Positions 11,401 to 20,800 of a stretch of 64,000 nucleotides of DNA are shown piece by piece (the first letter of the stretch is position 1; every line of letters begins with the position of its first letter). A program made the position numbers and the translations under genes. Origin of the DNA: an uncultured Acidobacteriaceae bacterium (GTDB lineage Bacteria; Acidobacteriota; Terriglobia; Terriglobales; Acidobacteriaceae). Location: positions 15,203-79,202 of the forward strand of contig CAVXPR010000028.1 in the NCBI GenBank assembly GCA_963763585.1. Direction: 5' to 3'. Under the pieces are notes generated by a model. The model made no database searches, was not told the origin of the DNA, and worked only from the letters and a program-made list of their open reading frames with translations.

Positions 11401-12877
11401 CGGCGCCCGTGGCCGATGTCGCCCCGCTTGCGCCTGCGGAGATCAAGCTCGACGAAATCTGAAAAGCCGTGCTGCTCAGCCCGGTTCCCGACACATAGAA
11501 ACTCATTCCGTTCAGCGCGAACAGGGGGTCGCCAGACTTCGCCGAGATAGTGACTACCGTGTTTTCAACGAAGGAATTTTTCGCGGTCAGCGTTATCGAT
11601 CCACCGCCCGACGCTACTACGTAGCCCGTGATAGGCACAGAGCTCGGTCCGCCCACCGGGGAACTCCCCAGGCCAAGAGCGCCGGGCTTCCAAATCACGA
11701 TCGTCGAATACAAACACGTGGCCGTCGCCGCCTGCTGAGTCGTGGTATCGCACTGCGGGCCGTTTACGCCGGCCGGTGCCCAGTTGTTGTAATAGCTCGT
11801 AGCGACCCAGAGGAATCCCCTTTTATCAACCATCGGCGGGTATCCACCATCAACCGGCGAAACCATCTGCGCATCCGCCCAAACCAACTTCGGGCTCGTC
11901 GGCGTGCCTTCATTTGGAATCTCGAAAACGCCGTCCGCTTGACCGCCGTATGAAATGTTGTTCGTGCTACCGAAATACATGTTTCCCTGCGGGTCAATGA
12001 ACATGCCATTGATGCCGTTCCAGCCGCCCTGATCAACCCGTGGCAAAGCTGATTCGGCAGTTCCCGTCCCATCGCCGACGACAGTTGGAGAGCCCGCTAC
12101 AATTTCTCGGATGCCATGCACATTGTTCGGATAAGCGCCCTGGTTCTCAACGAAAAACAGATTCCCTGCGTGATCCACCGCAAGCTGCGTGGCCCCAGCC
12201 TCCAGGCCCGTGGCCAAAGCGACAACCGAATTCGGCACCACGTTTCCTGCCTGATCCACCTGGTACTTGAAGATCGAACTCGTGTCGGAAGTGCACACGT
12301 AGAAAGTCACGCCATCATCGCCTACCTGGAGATCCTGGGGCGGAATCGACAGCGTCTGATTGCTGCTGTTGGTATAGGTAGGGCCCTTCCAGATGTCTGC
12401 GTTGCTGAAAGTCCATGTCCCTGACGCGGCGTTGTATGGAACCCGGCAGAATTGGACAGCAGAGCCAAAGCGATCCGTCACGTAAAGGTTGTCCCACTTG
12501 TCGAATGCGATCGCGCCGTCCCAGTACGAGCCCTTGTACTCCAGCAGCGAACAATCCGAGGCGTCTTTGTTGGACGGTTCTGGTCCAACGATCTCCGTTG
12601 GTAAAGATGCACCGGGCGCCAGATCGTAGATCACGCTGCCAGCTTGATCCAGAAAGAGGATATGGCCATAAATAGGGTCCTGCTTCATGGAATAGATCTG
12701 AATCCAGTTACCTGTGCCGCCATGGTTGAACGGAACGACTGAGCCAACCGAAACCGGAGCCGGCGCGGTAATGGGTAACTGGGCCTTGGCGGCAACACCC
12801 GGCAACACGCCGGCAAGAAGAACCAGGCTCGCGATCCGTGCAACTTTGCGAAACATGACTGTCGATTCGATGGCCAT
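8492..12877 (-). CDS. Giant secreted NHL-repeat/Ig-like protein B (1461 aa) with C-terminal TM-hairpin/lipobox module
   Basis: Intact ORF with GGAGGG RBS and a signal peptide ending AAKA-Q. NHL repeats (PTGVAVDGVGNLYIGD), Big_3-like domains (TPTGTVSLS..ATFSY..GTYTINADYSG) and C-terminal LTAC lipobox. Confidence 0.85.
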   Translation of the reverse strand: MAIESTVMFRKVARIASLVLLAGVLPGVAAKAQLPITAPAPVSVGSVVPFNHGGTGNWIQIYSMKQDPIYGHILFLDQAGSVIYDLAPGASLPTEIVGPEPSNKDASDCSLLEYKGSYWDGAIAFDKWDNLYVTDRFGSAVQFCRVPYNAASGTWTFSNADIWKGPTYTNSSNQTLSIPPQDLQVGDDGVTFYVCTSDTSSIFKYQVDQAGNVVPNSVVALATGLEAGATQLAVDHAGNLFFVENQGAYPNNVHGIREIVAGSPTVVGDGTGTAESALPRVDQGGWNGINGMFIDPQGNMYFGSTNNISYGGQADGVFEIPNEGTPTSPKLVWADAQMVSPVDGGYPPMVDKRGFLWVATSYYNNWAPAGVNGPQCDTTTQQAATATCLYSTIVIWKPGALGLGSSPVGGPSSVPITGYVVASGGGSITLTAKNSFVENTVVTISAKSGDPLFALNGMSFYVSGTGLSSTAFQISSSLISAGASGATSATGAVNQTQALYYMFNKPTTPSTISLAAPSNTNFLTVANNPLLDNPPPTNPVQPCTAGTSYPAFSANMTTTSAYSWCPYYVQLNTNKAGSVEGEVQLLDSSNDVIAGSNAYLGGVGQGSAVSVVSSATVESIASGLNDPKQVASDLYGNTYVADSALKAIEKYPAGTTSPASGKVVGSGLSAPTGVAVDGVGNLYIGDSGNVYAIPFVNGALATGQQTKIASGLGAGNLNLATDNEGDVFVADEAKKQVVEIPNPQTQLLAQSYPPIVLGSGFAGPSAIATDTSGNVWVADGSNLWEITLPFGGSTKVASGLQAPITGLAVDPSGSVFAAEANGLVWIPYSTTTGALNINSQILLTSGLGSGPAIPWGVALDGTQNAYASYGSGSTAGLSQLGIGGTYNFSDVTEINPNVPTEVDAQILNLGNQPLTVSDDPTIDLVSGADAADFTVAPATQNSPGCSSTTSTPPGGSCYLGMVLQAPAAGQTNASIAVITNAVNATSGVSIAVSGNVIQDLRPAAAATIAVTPVTMTGCAGATFPGCNTIQVTVTAGQGFGTPTGTVSLSVGSTTGNQPKQTQTLNSAGVATFSYTGLLGGTYTINADYSGAGTAGATQNTCATATPCFSGAAAKGTFTIARALPTITLGVPVTNSQCLNYTTLTGGAASGTCAANPGLVTVWAGNTYVYWTKPVYVSAIISSSVGTPSGTVTFEQNGQPADPTQGVGGSIAPNGNGVATFLLQNLGLGVYNLSAVYSGDVNYAPVTLSVATFYVINPSVQITVSGGSTTVTPGTPVQVTLTLMPLVGFSENVSLECNSSDAPIHLATTSPASTLPQYSECTFNYANPSTGTEAVGASGPVPSTIVMTISTNVAVNGGSTASIARQSPWALAGMFGLGLFGLIAGRKKLYRSMAAICVVMMLSGLFMGLTACTNAGYSTPPPAPKVATPAGSYNVQIITYDPEALIQNSLTNPMFTLPVNVQ

Positions 12878-13027
12878 ACATTCCCTCCAACAAGTTCAAT
12901 CAGATATCTCTTTACCAGCGGCTTACTTACCCTCGCCGGCCGTTCCGCCGTTGCCGACCGCCTGCCAGTCCCCTTTCCGAGCGCCGCATCAGGTTCACGC
13001 TGCGGCTGCCCGGGCAGAGACCATACA

Positions 13028-16000
13028 TTAGAACGTGAACTTCGCTTCCAGCTCCGCCAGCCTGTTGCCGACCTTGATATTCGCAGTACCGAAATCCTGA
13101 TACTGCAGCATGCTTTGCGTCAGTGGCGCGCCAACCACACCGTCCTGGAAGCCGAGATTCAGGTTCGTGTTGTTGTTGTTGTTGAACGAAACCAGCGGGT
13201 GGTTAAGGAAGTTGAAAGCGCTCATCCGCAACTGCAGATCCCTTCCCTCTCCCACTGAGAAGTTCTTCAGCACCGTCACATCGTGCTCCATGAACGCCGG
13301 ACCGCGAAGGTAGGGCAAGCGGTACGTCCCGTTGGTTCCGGGCTGAGGAATACCAAAGCCCAGCGGATTCACGAACTGGTGCTGATGCGAGCCACCTTTG
13401 ACGCTGACACCCTTCACCAGCGTCGGCATCAGTTGCACGTCCGGCGTGCCCAGCCATATCACCGGATTCATGTTGTTTACGCAGAACGTATTGCCATTCT
13501 TGTCGGGCTGGATACCATAAACGGTCTCGCACTGCGTCTGACCTTGCTGATTTGCCTGGTTTGGATATGGAACCTGCACGGCATTTGCGAACCCGCCGTA
13601 TCCGAACCCGAAGTTGTTGCCGTTTTCTGAGGCTAACGGGAATCCGCTCATGACCTGCGAGATTCCTGAGACCTGCCAGCCATTAGCGAGCTCCTTGAAC
13701 ATCCAGTTCCCGCCCTTGTAACGTCTGCCCAGGTCAACCAGGTAATGAATGTTGAAAACCTGCGTGCGGTCGTACGGCACCGGGTTGTAATCGTTGCGCA
13801 GGTGCACCGGATCGACGAGTTGGTTGTTATACGACGCGCCGGTCGCAAGGTTCTTCGCGAAGGTGTAGTTGGCGCCCCAAGTGACGATGCCCGAAGCCTT
13901 ATCCCACTCGACCTGCGCGCTGTTGTAATTCGAGTAGAAGTCGTGCTTGAGCTCGTAGATGTGCTGGTAGAACGGGTAGGGCCGGTACAAATCGAACTCC
14001 GGCGTACCGAAAGAGCTGATGCTGCCAATAACCGGATTGCCGTATAGCGAAAGCAAATTCGTAGGGATCACCGAGTAGTTGACATTGAACAAACTGTCGT
14101 TCGCGCCGGCCATGTAGGGGTTGTTGTTCGTTGGGCAACCCGTCTCTATGCCGCAGATGATGTTGATGTCCGAGGCCGTGTTGTAATTGGCGCCGGTATA
14201 GTTTGCGCCGCCGTTGTACGACGACAAATTGACGCTCTCATTGCCCACGTAAGCAACCCACATATGTGATTTCCACGGCAGGCTTTGATCAATTCCGACA
14301 TTGAATTCGTAGTAGACGGGGCGCGCAGTGTCCTTCGGAGAGATTGTGTAGACGCTGAAATCGGGAGGCAGCAGCGGCGACTGGCTGTCGATCTGGTTAA
14401 AGGTCAACGCTCCCTGCAAGAACGAAGTCTTGTAACCCTGTGCTGTGCCCGCGGCAAAGGCATAGGGCTCGAACTGCTCCTGGTTGCGATAAATACCAAA
14501 GCCGCCGCGCAGTACGGTCCTGCCTTTGCCCGAGATATCCCACGATGCTCCCACGCGGGGAGTGAAGTTGATCACCGCCGTGGAGTTGACGGAGTTCGAA
14601 ACCCCGGTCTTCTGCGAAGCCCACGTAACACCCGGGAAGCCGGCGCTGGAGCAGTTGCGCGTGTAGCCGCCACATTGCTGCGTGTAAAGAGCGTCGGAGA
14701 ACGTCGCCAGACCGTTGTCATGCCGGTCCGTCCAGGGGCCGAAATGCTCAAGCCGCAAGCCAAGAATCAGCGTAAGATTTTTCACCTTAAATGTATCGTT
14801 GGCGAACCCGGCCATCGTGGTGTAACGCATGTCAACCAGCGGCGTGAAGTTGCTCTGCGTAAAGGAATCGGAATACCCCTCGTACATCATCGCCGTGGGG
14901 TTATAGCAGCTTCCCAGGTATGCCGCGCCAGAGTTGCGCAGGTTGCCCGCCGGGTTGGGGTTCACGCAGCCGTTGTAAGGCGCCTGATTGGTCGCCGAAT
15001 ACTCGTAGTACGAGTTTCCCGGAGTGAAAGTGTATTGGCCCTGCGGATATCCAATAAAAGCGGTGCCGTTGTACGTGCCCGTCTCACCGTAGACTCCGAA
15101 CTCCAGGAAGTGGTTCTTCAACTGCCAGCTCACGTTGTCTTGCAGAATCGGATCGACCTGCTTGGTGTGTACCTGGTTCTGATAGAACCCGCCAGGCATG
15201 CTCAGGTTCGGATAGCCGTTGCTGCCTCCGCTCCCCAGCGCAGGCACGGAATAGTCGCCGTTGTTTTTGTACATTCCCAGGTAGTTGAAGCCTTCCCCGC
15301 CATTTCCCGCAATGTCAAACCGGTCCACTGCCGCCGGGTCTCCCATCTTGCCCGGCCAGCTGACGAAGGACATCGCGGCGATGAATTGATTCGTTAAGCT
15401 TGTGCCAAAAAAGTGCGTATAACGCGCCGAAAGAATATTGGACACGTCTCCTGAAGTGATATCGCCGGGATAGGGCACTGAACCCGTCGGGAACTGATTG
15501 TTCACGTCCACGGGATCCTGGTCGTTTTCCCGCTGCAGGCCATAAACAAAGAACAGGTTATTGGTTGCGTTGATGTTGTATTGCAGCGTCGCCCTGAAAA
15601 CACTTCCGTTCTGGTCCTGCTGAAGCTGCTTAATGTAGTTGTAGCCAAATGGGTTGGTGAATGGGTCGGCATTCGGTGCCGGAAACCAGTTCACAAGCGC
15701 CGCGCCTGCGCCGTTGATGTAGGCATTGGCATTGTTGTTTGGAACCGCGGTTCCATTCGGCAGGAAGCTGTCAACAAAGCACATGGGCTGGATGGCATTG
15801 GGGTTGGGATTGCCGTCGGGACGCGAGCCGCAGAGCTCGGAATTGAGCGAGGCAGCGCTGAAATCGCCCTGACGCTCTGCCGCGGTCGGCACCCAGGCAG
15901 AGATTGCCTGCTGATCGGCCTCGAATATCTGGTTGTAATACTCATACCCCGCAAAGAAGAACAGCTTGTCCCTGTTGCGATTGAAACTTCCCAACGGAAG

Positions 16001-16945
16001 TAGAAGCGGGCCGCCAAAATTTCCGCCGGGATAAAAGTACTGCTCGTTCGGGCGGGACTGCCTGAGGTAGTTGTCGTACCAATCGTTGGAGTTCAAAATC
16101 GCATTGCGCGCCACCATATAAGCCGCGCCATGAAACGAGGCGCCACCCGTCTTCGTTGAAGAGCTCAGGACCGCTGGCCCCTTGGCATACTGCGCACCGT
16201 ACGACGAACTTGTCGCCTTCAACTCCGAGACCATCTCGATATTGGTTTCCTGCACCGATCCGGAGTTGGTCGAGATATTGGTTAGCGAAACGCCGTCACT
16301 CAAAATGGCGATGCCCGTCGTGCCGGCGCCGTTTGCGCTATAAGCTCCAGTGGGACCGCTCAGGCCCTGCACCGCGGTATTGAATCCTGGACGGTTGAAC
16401 AGGCCCTGATCGCCGGTAGACATCGCATATCCGGGCAACATCTTTACCAGTTCGCCGGCGTCGCGGCCCACGATACTCAGGGTGTTGAGATCTTTGGCAG
16501 TAATGATGTCGCTGCGCTCGCCCGTATCGAGTTGGGCCAGATTGGAATCCACCTGCGCTTCCACCGTGACTGCCGTCGCCGCGGTGCCGACCTTCAGCCT
16601 GATATCGGTCTTGCTTAACTGGTCACCGCCGCGGACGGGAAACGGCTGCGATTGCCAGGAGTCGAAGTTATCCGCTGTCACCGTGATTTGGTAACTAAGG
16701 TCGGGGGGCACGCCCGCAAAAGCAAAAGCGCCGTCGCTGTTGCTCGTCGTGCTGCGCTTCACTCCGCTCGCCAGGTCGGCCAATATAACAGTGGCTTTTG
16801 GAATTACCGCGCCTGTCGTATCCGCCACAACGCCAGTCACGTTTCCTGTCGCTTGCCCATGCAGCGCCGTTTGAGCCAGCAGCAGCAGTGCGGTTAGCAT
16901 CACCAGCAACGAGGCAGTCGGCCTGTTCCCTGAAAAGAACTTCAT
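13028..16945 (-). CDS. TonB-dependent receptor with N-terminal carboxypeptidase-regulatory-like domain (Oar/acidobacterial type)
   Basis: Signal peptide MKFFSGNRPTASLLVMLTALLLLAQTALHG-Q. GNVTGVVADTTGAVIPKATV..TTSNSDGAFAF domain, TKTGGASFHGAAY, LILGLRLE, FTPRVGASWD, and C-terminal aromatic KFTF. Confidence 0.92.
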   Translation of the reverse strand: MKFFSGNRPTASLLVMLTALLLLAQTALHGQATGNVTGVVADTTGAVIPKATVILADLASGVKRSTTSNSDGAFAFAGVPPDLSYQITVTADNFDSWQSQPFPVRGGDQLSKTDIRLKVGTAATAVTVEAQVDSNLAQLDTGERSDIITAKDLNTLSIVGRDAGELVKMLPGYAMSTGDQGLFNRPGFNTAVQGLSGPTGAYSANGAGTTGIAILSDGVSLTNISTNSGSVQETNIEMVSELKATSSSYGAQYAKGPAVLSSSTKTGGASFHGAAYMVARNAILNSNDWYDNYLRQSRPNEQYFYPGGNFGGPLLLPLGSFNRNRDKLFFFAGYEYYNQIFEADQQAISAWVPTAAERQGDFSAASLNSELCGSRPDGNPNPNAIQPMCFVDSFLPNGTAVPNNNANAYINGAGAALVNWFPAPNADPFTNPFGYNYIKQLQQDQNGSVFRATLQYNINATNNLFFVYGLQRENDQDPVDVNNQFPTGSVPYPGDITSGDVSNILSARYTHFFGTSLTNQFIAAMSFVSWPGKMGDPAAVDRFDIAGNGGEGFNYLGMYKNNGDYSVPALGSGGSNGYPNLSMPGGFYQNQVHTKQVDPILQDNVSWQLKNHFLEFGVYGETGTYNGTAFIGYPQGQYTFTPGNSYYEYSATNQAPYNGCVNPNPAGNLRNSGAAYLGSCYNPTAMMYEGYSDSFTQSNFTPLVDMRYTTMAGFANDTFKVKNLTLILGLRLEHFGPWTDRHDNGLATFSDALYTQQCGGYTRNCSSAGFPGVTWASQKTGVSNSVNSTAVINFTPRVGASWDISGKGRTVLRGGFGIYRNQEQFEPYAFAAGTAQGYKTSFLQGALTFNQIDSQSPLLPPDFSVYTISPKDTARPVYYEFNVGIDQSLPWKSHMWVAYVGNESVNLSSYNGGANYTGANYNTASDINIICGIETGCPTNNNPYMAGANDSLFNVNYSVIPTNLLSLYGNPVIGSISSFGTPEFDLYRPYPFYQHIYELKHDFYSNYNSAQVEWDKASGIVTWGANYTFAKNLATGASYNNQLVDPVHLRNDYNPVPYDRTQVFNIHYLVDLGRRYKGGNWMFKELANGWQVSGISQVMSGFPLASENGNNFGFGYGGFANAVQVPYPNQANQQGQTQCETVYGIQPDKNGNTFCVNNMNPVIWLGTPDVQLMPTLVKGVSVKGGSHQHQFVNPLGFGIPQPGTNGTYRLPYLRGPAFMEHDVTVLKNFSVGEGRDLQLRMSAFNFLNHPLVSFNNNNNTNLNLGFQDGVVGAPLTQSMLQYQDFGTANIKVGNRLAELEAKFTF

Positions 16946-17105
16946 AGTAGTCCCCCCGTCGGCTACATTCCTTTTTGACTTTGACAGTTGGTTCCCGGTC
17001 CCCATACCACGCCTAAGTTATTGCGCACCCCAACTATGCATGCAAGCGCCACTTAAGCCTTTGGGTATTGGGACGCAGATTCTCGTTCTACTTTGATGAC
17101 AGGGA

Positions 17106-17135
17106 ATTCTGAAGCTTATGGTTAGAGTCTGTCAA
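17106..17135 (-). promoter_or_regulatory. Sigma70-like promoter for the TonB receptor operon
   Basis: Minus strand TTGACA (17135-17130), 18 nt, CAGAAT (17111-17106). Confidence 0.5.
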
Positions 17136-17162
17136 GCGAATTCTTTCCGGGTTTTTCAATAA

Positions 17163-17176
17163 TGGGATCGGTACCG
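17163..17176. promoter_or_regulatory. LacI-type operator-like site TGGGATCGGTACCG upstream of the TonB receptor promoter
   Basis: Central-CG imperfect palindrome ~28 bp upstream of the -35. Confidence 0.4.
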
Positions 17177-17834
17177 CAGGTTTACCAGTCTATGCGCCTT
17201 CTCGGGCCTTTGCGTGGTGTGCTTTCGGCCCTTGCGCCGCGACTCCTCGGCCCATTAAAACCGCGAGCATCTCTACATTTGAGGGTATTCCGGCGATTGT
17301 GATTCCAATGGGACTACGCCGTCACGCGCGATTCATCGCGCAATGTCACTGGATTGTCACGCGCCCGCCAAAGTGCTGAAATCGCTCGCCTCGCGATTGA
17401 AAAATCGCTTCACTTCATGTGCATATTTTCCCGGCGAACATTCACCCGGAAAAGCCATTCGCCACCCGCGTCTCAGGATTTCAGCACGCCATCTTCGCCC
17501 GCGCATGCCGCATCAACGCCTCCACCGAAAGATTGACAGGCCTTCTTGCGCGGCCGATCGTGTTCATCATCAAGACTCGCTGCGAGAGCGCTCACACGCC
17601 GATTACGCGACATGGCGCTTTCCCTATGCATCGCGCCACAATTCGTTAGCCCTGATTTCGATATCATGAAATGCCCTGCGCGAGCCCTGCTCCAACCCCG
17701 CTCCAGCGTCGATCAATGTCTGCTTAGATGGCCGCCGCGGTCATGGCTAAAGGAGGCCCTGTGCCCCTCGGAAATCGCTCACTCGTGCGCCCAATTCGCT
17801 TGCCACAAGCCCGGAATCGTTCTCCGCCTCGTCC

Positions 17835-20800
17835 TTAATCCGGCACCACGAAAAGCGTGATGGATTGCGCCGGGAACGTGTAACTGCTGATCGTGCTCGT
17901 CGTCCCGCTTGCCACCGGCGGCGTCACGCTCACACTTGTTTGCTGCACGATCGCGTTCAGGTCGGCGTTGCTGTACTGGTAGACCTGCGCCGTAGTTCCA
18001 TTCGCTGCGGTGAGATTCAGCAAGCTGATCGTCGACGTCAGCGGGCCATAGGTCTTGTTGATCACCATCACGGTAATCGCGCTGTCAGATGTTCTCTGTC
18101 CGCCGTAAACCGACAGCTGGCCTTCCCCGTCGCCGCTCGATCCCGTGCTCGTCGCATACAGGTACGTGTTCCCAAAAGTCGAATCGTTTCCGTCGTAGTT
18201 GCGGTACATGGCGAAGGCGTAGTTACCGGGGCCTTGCTGGTTGTAGTTCGTCGTCGGCCAGAACGCGCCCATGCCCAGGCCCTGCCGTCCGAAGATGCCC
18301 AGAATGTCCGCCTGAGCCAGCGCGCCGTTAATCGACTCCAGGCCGCCAAAGTTGTATTCGTCGATCGCCGTCTTCGTGCCGGGGTAGTCGTTCGCCACCC
18401 ATGTCTGCAGCATGGGAATCAATTGCGGTGCCTGCGCCGGTGGGTTGCACTTAGTCGTGTAGTTCGCATCGGTGATGTAGTTTGGCTGCGGTTCATTTGG
18501 ATCGGTGTAGCTTGGATCCCAGAAGACCCGCGTCGCGTTCACCCGCGCCTCCTGCTCTTGTGTGTCCCCGGCGGTCGTAAAAGCCACTGAGGTTCCACTG
18601 CCGGCAGGGTAGTCCGGCGCAAAATACCCGTGAATGTCAACGTAATCGAGCAGCCGCACGCCATACTGCTGCGAATAGCTTTTGAACTGCTGCATGTAGT
18701 ACTCAATCATCGGAATGCCGCCGTGAGCCTCGCGGTCGATAGGCGCACTCCACGGTTGGTAGCACGGGGAGCCGGTGTCCCACCCATTCTCAATGTCTTT
18801 CTTTGAGTAGAAATATGCTTCCCAGTAGTCGATCACGGGACCGCTCACCAGAGCCGTCGGATCGGCGGTCTTGATCGCCAACGCAGTCCCGATGCCGTTG
18901 TTCGTCACTTCGTCGTAGGTAAACGCAACCGGATGCACGTCGCGATGCACCGCATCCCACCACGTCGGCTCATTATCCAAATCCCATACGGCCACGCCCT
19001 TCCCGCTCGCGCCATTGCCAAGGCTTGAATTCGTCGCTATCGAATTCGCCCAGCCGCCAGGCCAAGTCCCATCCGCCCATGTTGTTGTCACCGAGCCGGG
19101 ATTCGGAACCGTGCTGGCCGTGGGAGTCGCCGAGGGGTCCGCAATGTTGGGCGGCGGCTCAGAAAGGCTCGTGATATTCGGAATCTGCGTGCCAGTGGTG
19201 CCGTTGCTGCCGTTTAGATCCACGCCGCTGGTCAGTACCCCGTTTCCGCAGCCGCTCTCGAACGACTGCTGGCCGGGGAACTGCGTTTGCGTAAAGCTGC
19301 ATGCGTATTGCGTATTGTTTGACACCCATCCGAGAACCGGCACCGTACCCAGCGCCGCTGAGCCTGCAGCGTCCGTCGACTGCACGAACTGCGTGAAATT
19401 GGTGCTCCCCGTCGCGTTCGGAAACTGCCCTCCTCCACCGCTGAAGTTCTCGAAATAATAGTCGCTGGCAGAGTTAGTCATGTTGAGTTGGTAGTTGTAC
19501 CGCGAAGTATCGTCGCCGCCCCAGCGCACAATGCCCGGATTGGCAATCTTCTCCGACGCTGAATCCAGAACGTATCCATTCATCCCATAAACGTACGGGC
19601 TGATCGTGTGCGGATTCTCGCTCGGCGTACTGGGAGTATTCACGTCCACGGCCAGCGCCGGACCTGTCGCCGTCGTCGGCGCGCTCAATGTCACCGTCGC
19701 GCTGCCACTAATATTCGTGAATCCGGTCATGGTGCTGGTGGCCGTAACGGTCACCGATGCCGGCGCCGGATAAGGCGTGTTGTAAAGGCCATTCGCGTTA
19801 ATCGTGCCGCCACTCAAACTCCCACACGAAGGGCAACTCAGCGACCACGTCACGCCAGTGCTGTAGGTTCCGTTCCCGTGCACCGTCGCAGTGAATTGCT
19901 GCTGCGTGCCGATCGTTGCCGTGCTCGGCGTCACTGTAATCGAAGTAATTCCAGCCTGGTTGTAATTCGCCGTCACGGTCGTGTTGCCGCTCATCGTCAC
20001 GTTGCAATTGATTCCGCCTGCCCCGCTCGTCGACGCGCATCCGCTCCATGACACAAAGGAATAAGTGTTGTCGCTGAGCGGCGCGCTCAGTGTCACCTGC
20101 GCGCCTGAGTTGTAAACGCGCGTAAAAGGCGTCGCTCCCGCGCCTGCGCCGTTGTTGTCGGCAGGAGAGACAGGCGAGATCAAGATGCCGCTCGCGGGAG
20201 CCACGGAATCCACCGTCAGTGTGTATGCCACGCCCGAATTCACCGTCACTTGCACGGTTCCGCTCGCGCTTTTGTAAGAAGGCGAACTCGTCGAGTCGGG
20301 AGTGTAGCTGCCGGTCAGCGTATCCGTCCCCGTCGTCAGCGAGCTGGCTGGAATGTTGATCTGTGCGCTTCCGTTCGTAAGCGTTGTCGCCGAAGACGTG
20401 TAGCCGCCGCCGCTCAGCGTCACCGAGCCAGTCGGCGTGGTTGTTCCTGCGCCGCCGCTAACCGTGACCATCACGGAAAGCGGGCTTGTGACGGAAATGC
20501 TCGACGAGCCCGGAGTCACCGTAACCGTCGGAGCAGCCGTGTTCACCGTTACGCTCACCGAGCCTGCAACCGTGTTGTAGTCTGTCGTGTCGCTAGGCGT
20601 AAACGTCAGGCTTTCGCTCGGTGTCCCACCACTAGGCAATGTCGTTGGCGTAGTCCACGTAAACGCGCCGCCCACAGACGCAGTGCCCCCGCTCAACGCT
20701 GACGATGCCAGTGTCTGCCCGTAGGTGATTGCGCTAGCCGTCGGCCACGCTGATACCGTCGGCGTTGCCTTGTTCACCGTCACGTTCACTTGGCCTGGCA

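Noticed and set aside
17060-17100. GGGACGCA resembling part of the c-di-GMP-I (GEMM) riboswitch
   Set aside because: On the strand opposite the downstream gene, and lacks the GGCAAACC/GAAA tetraloop and P2 elements.
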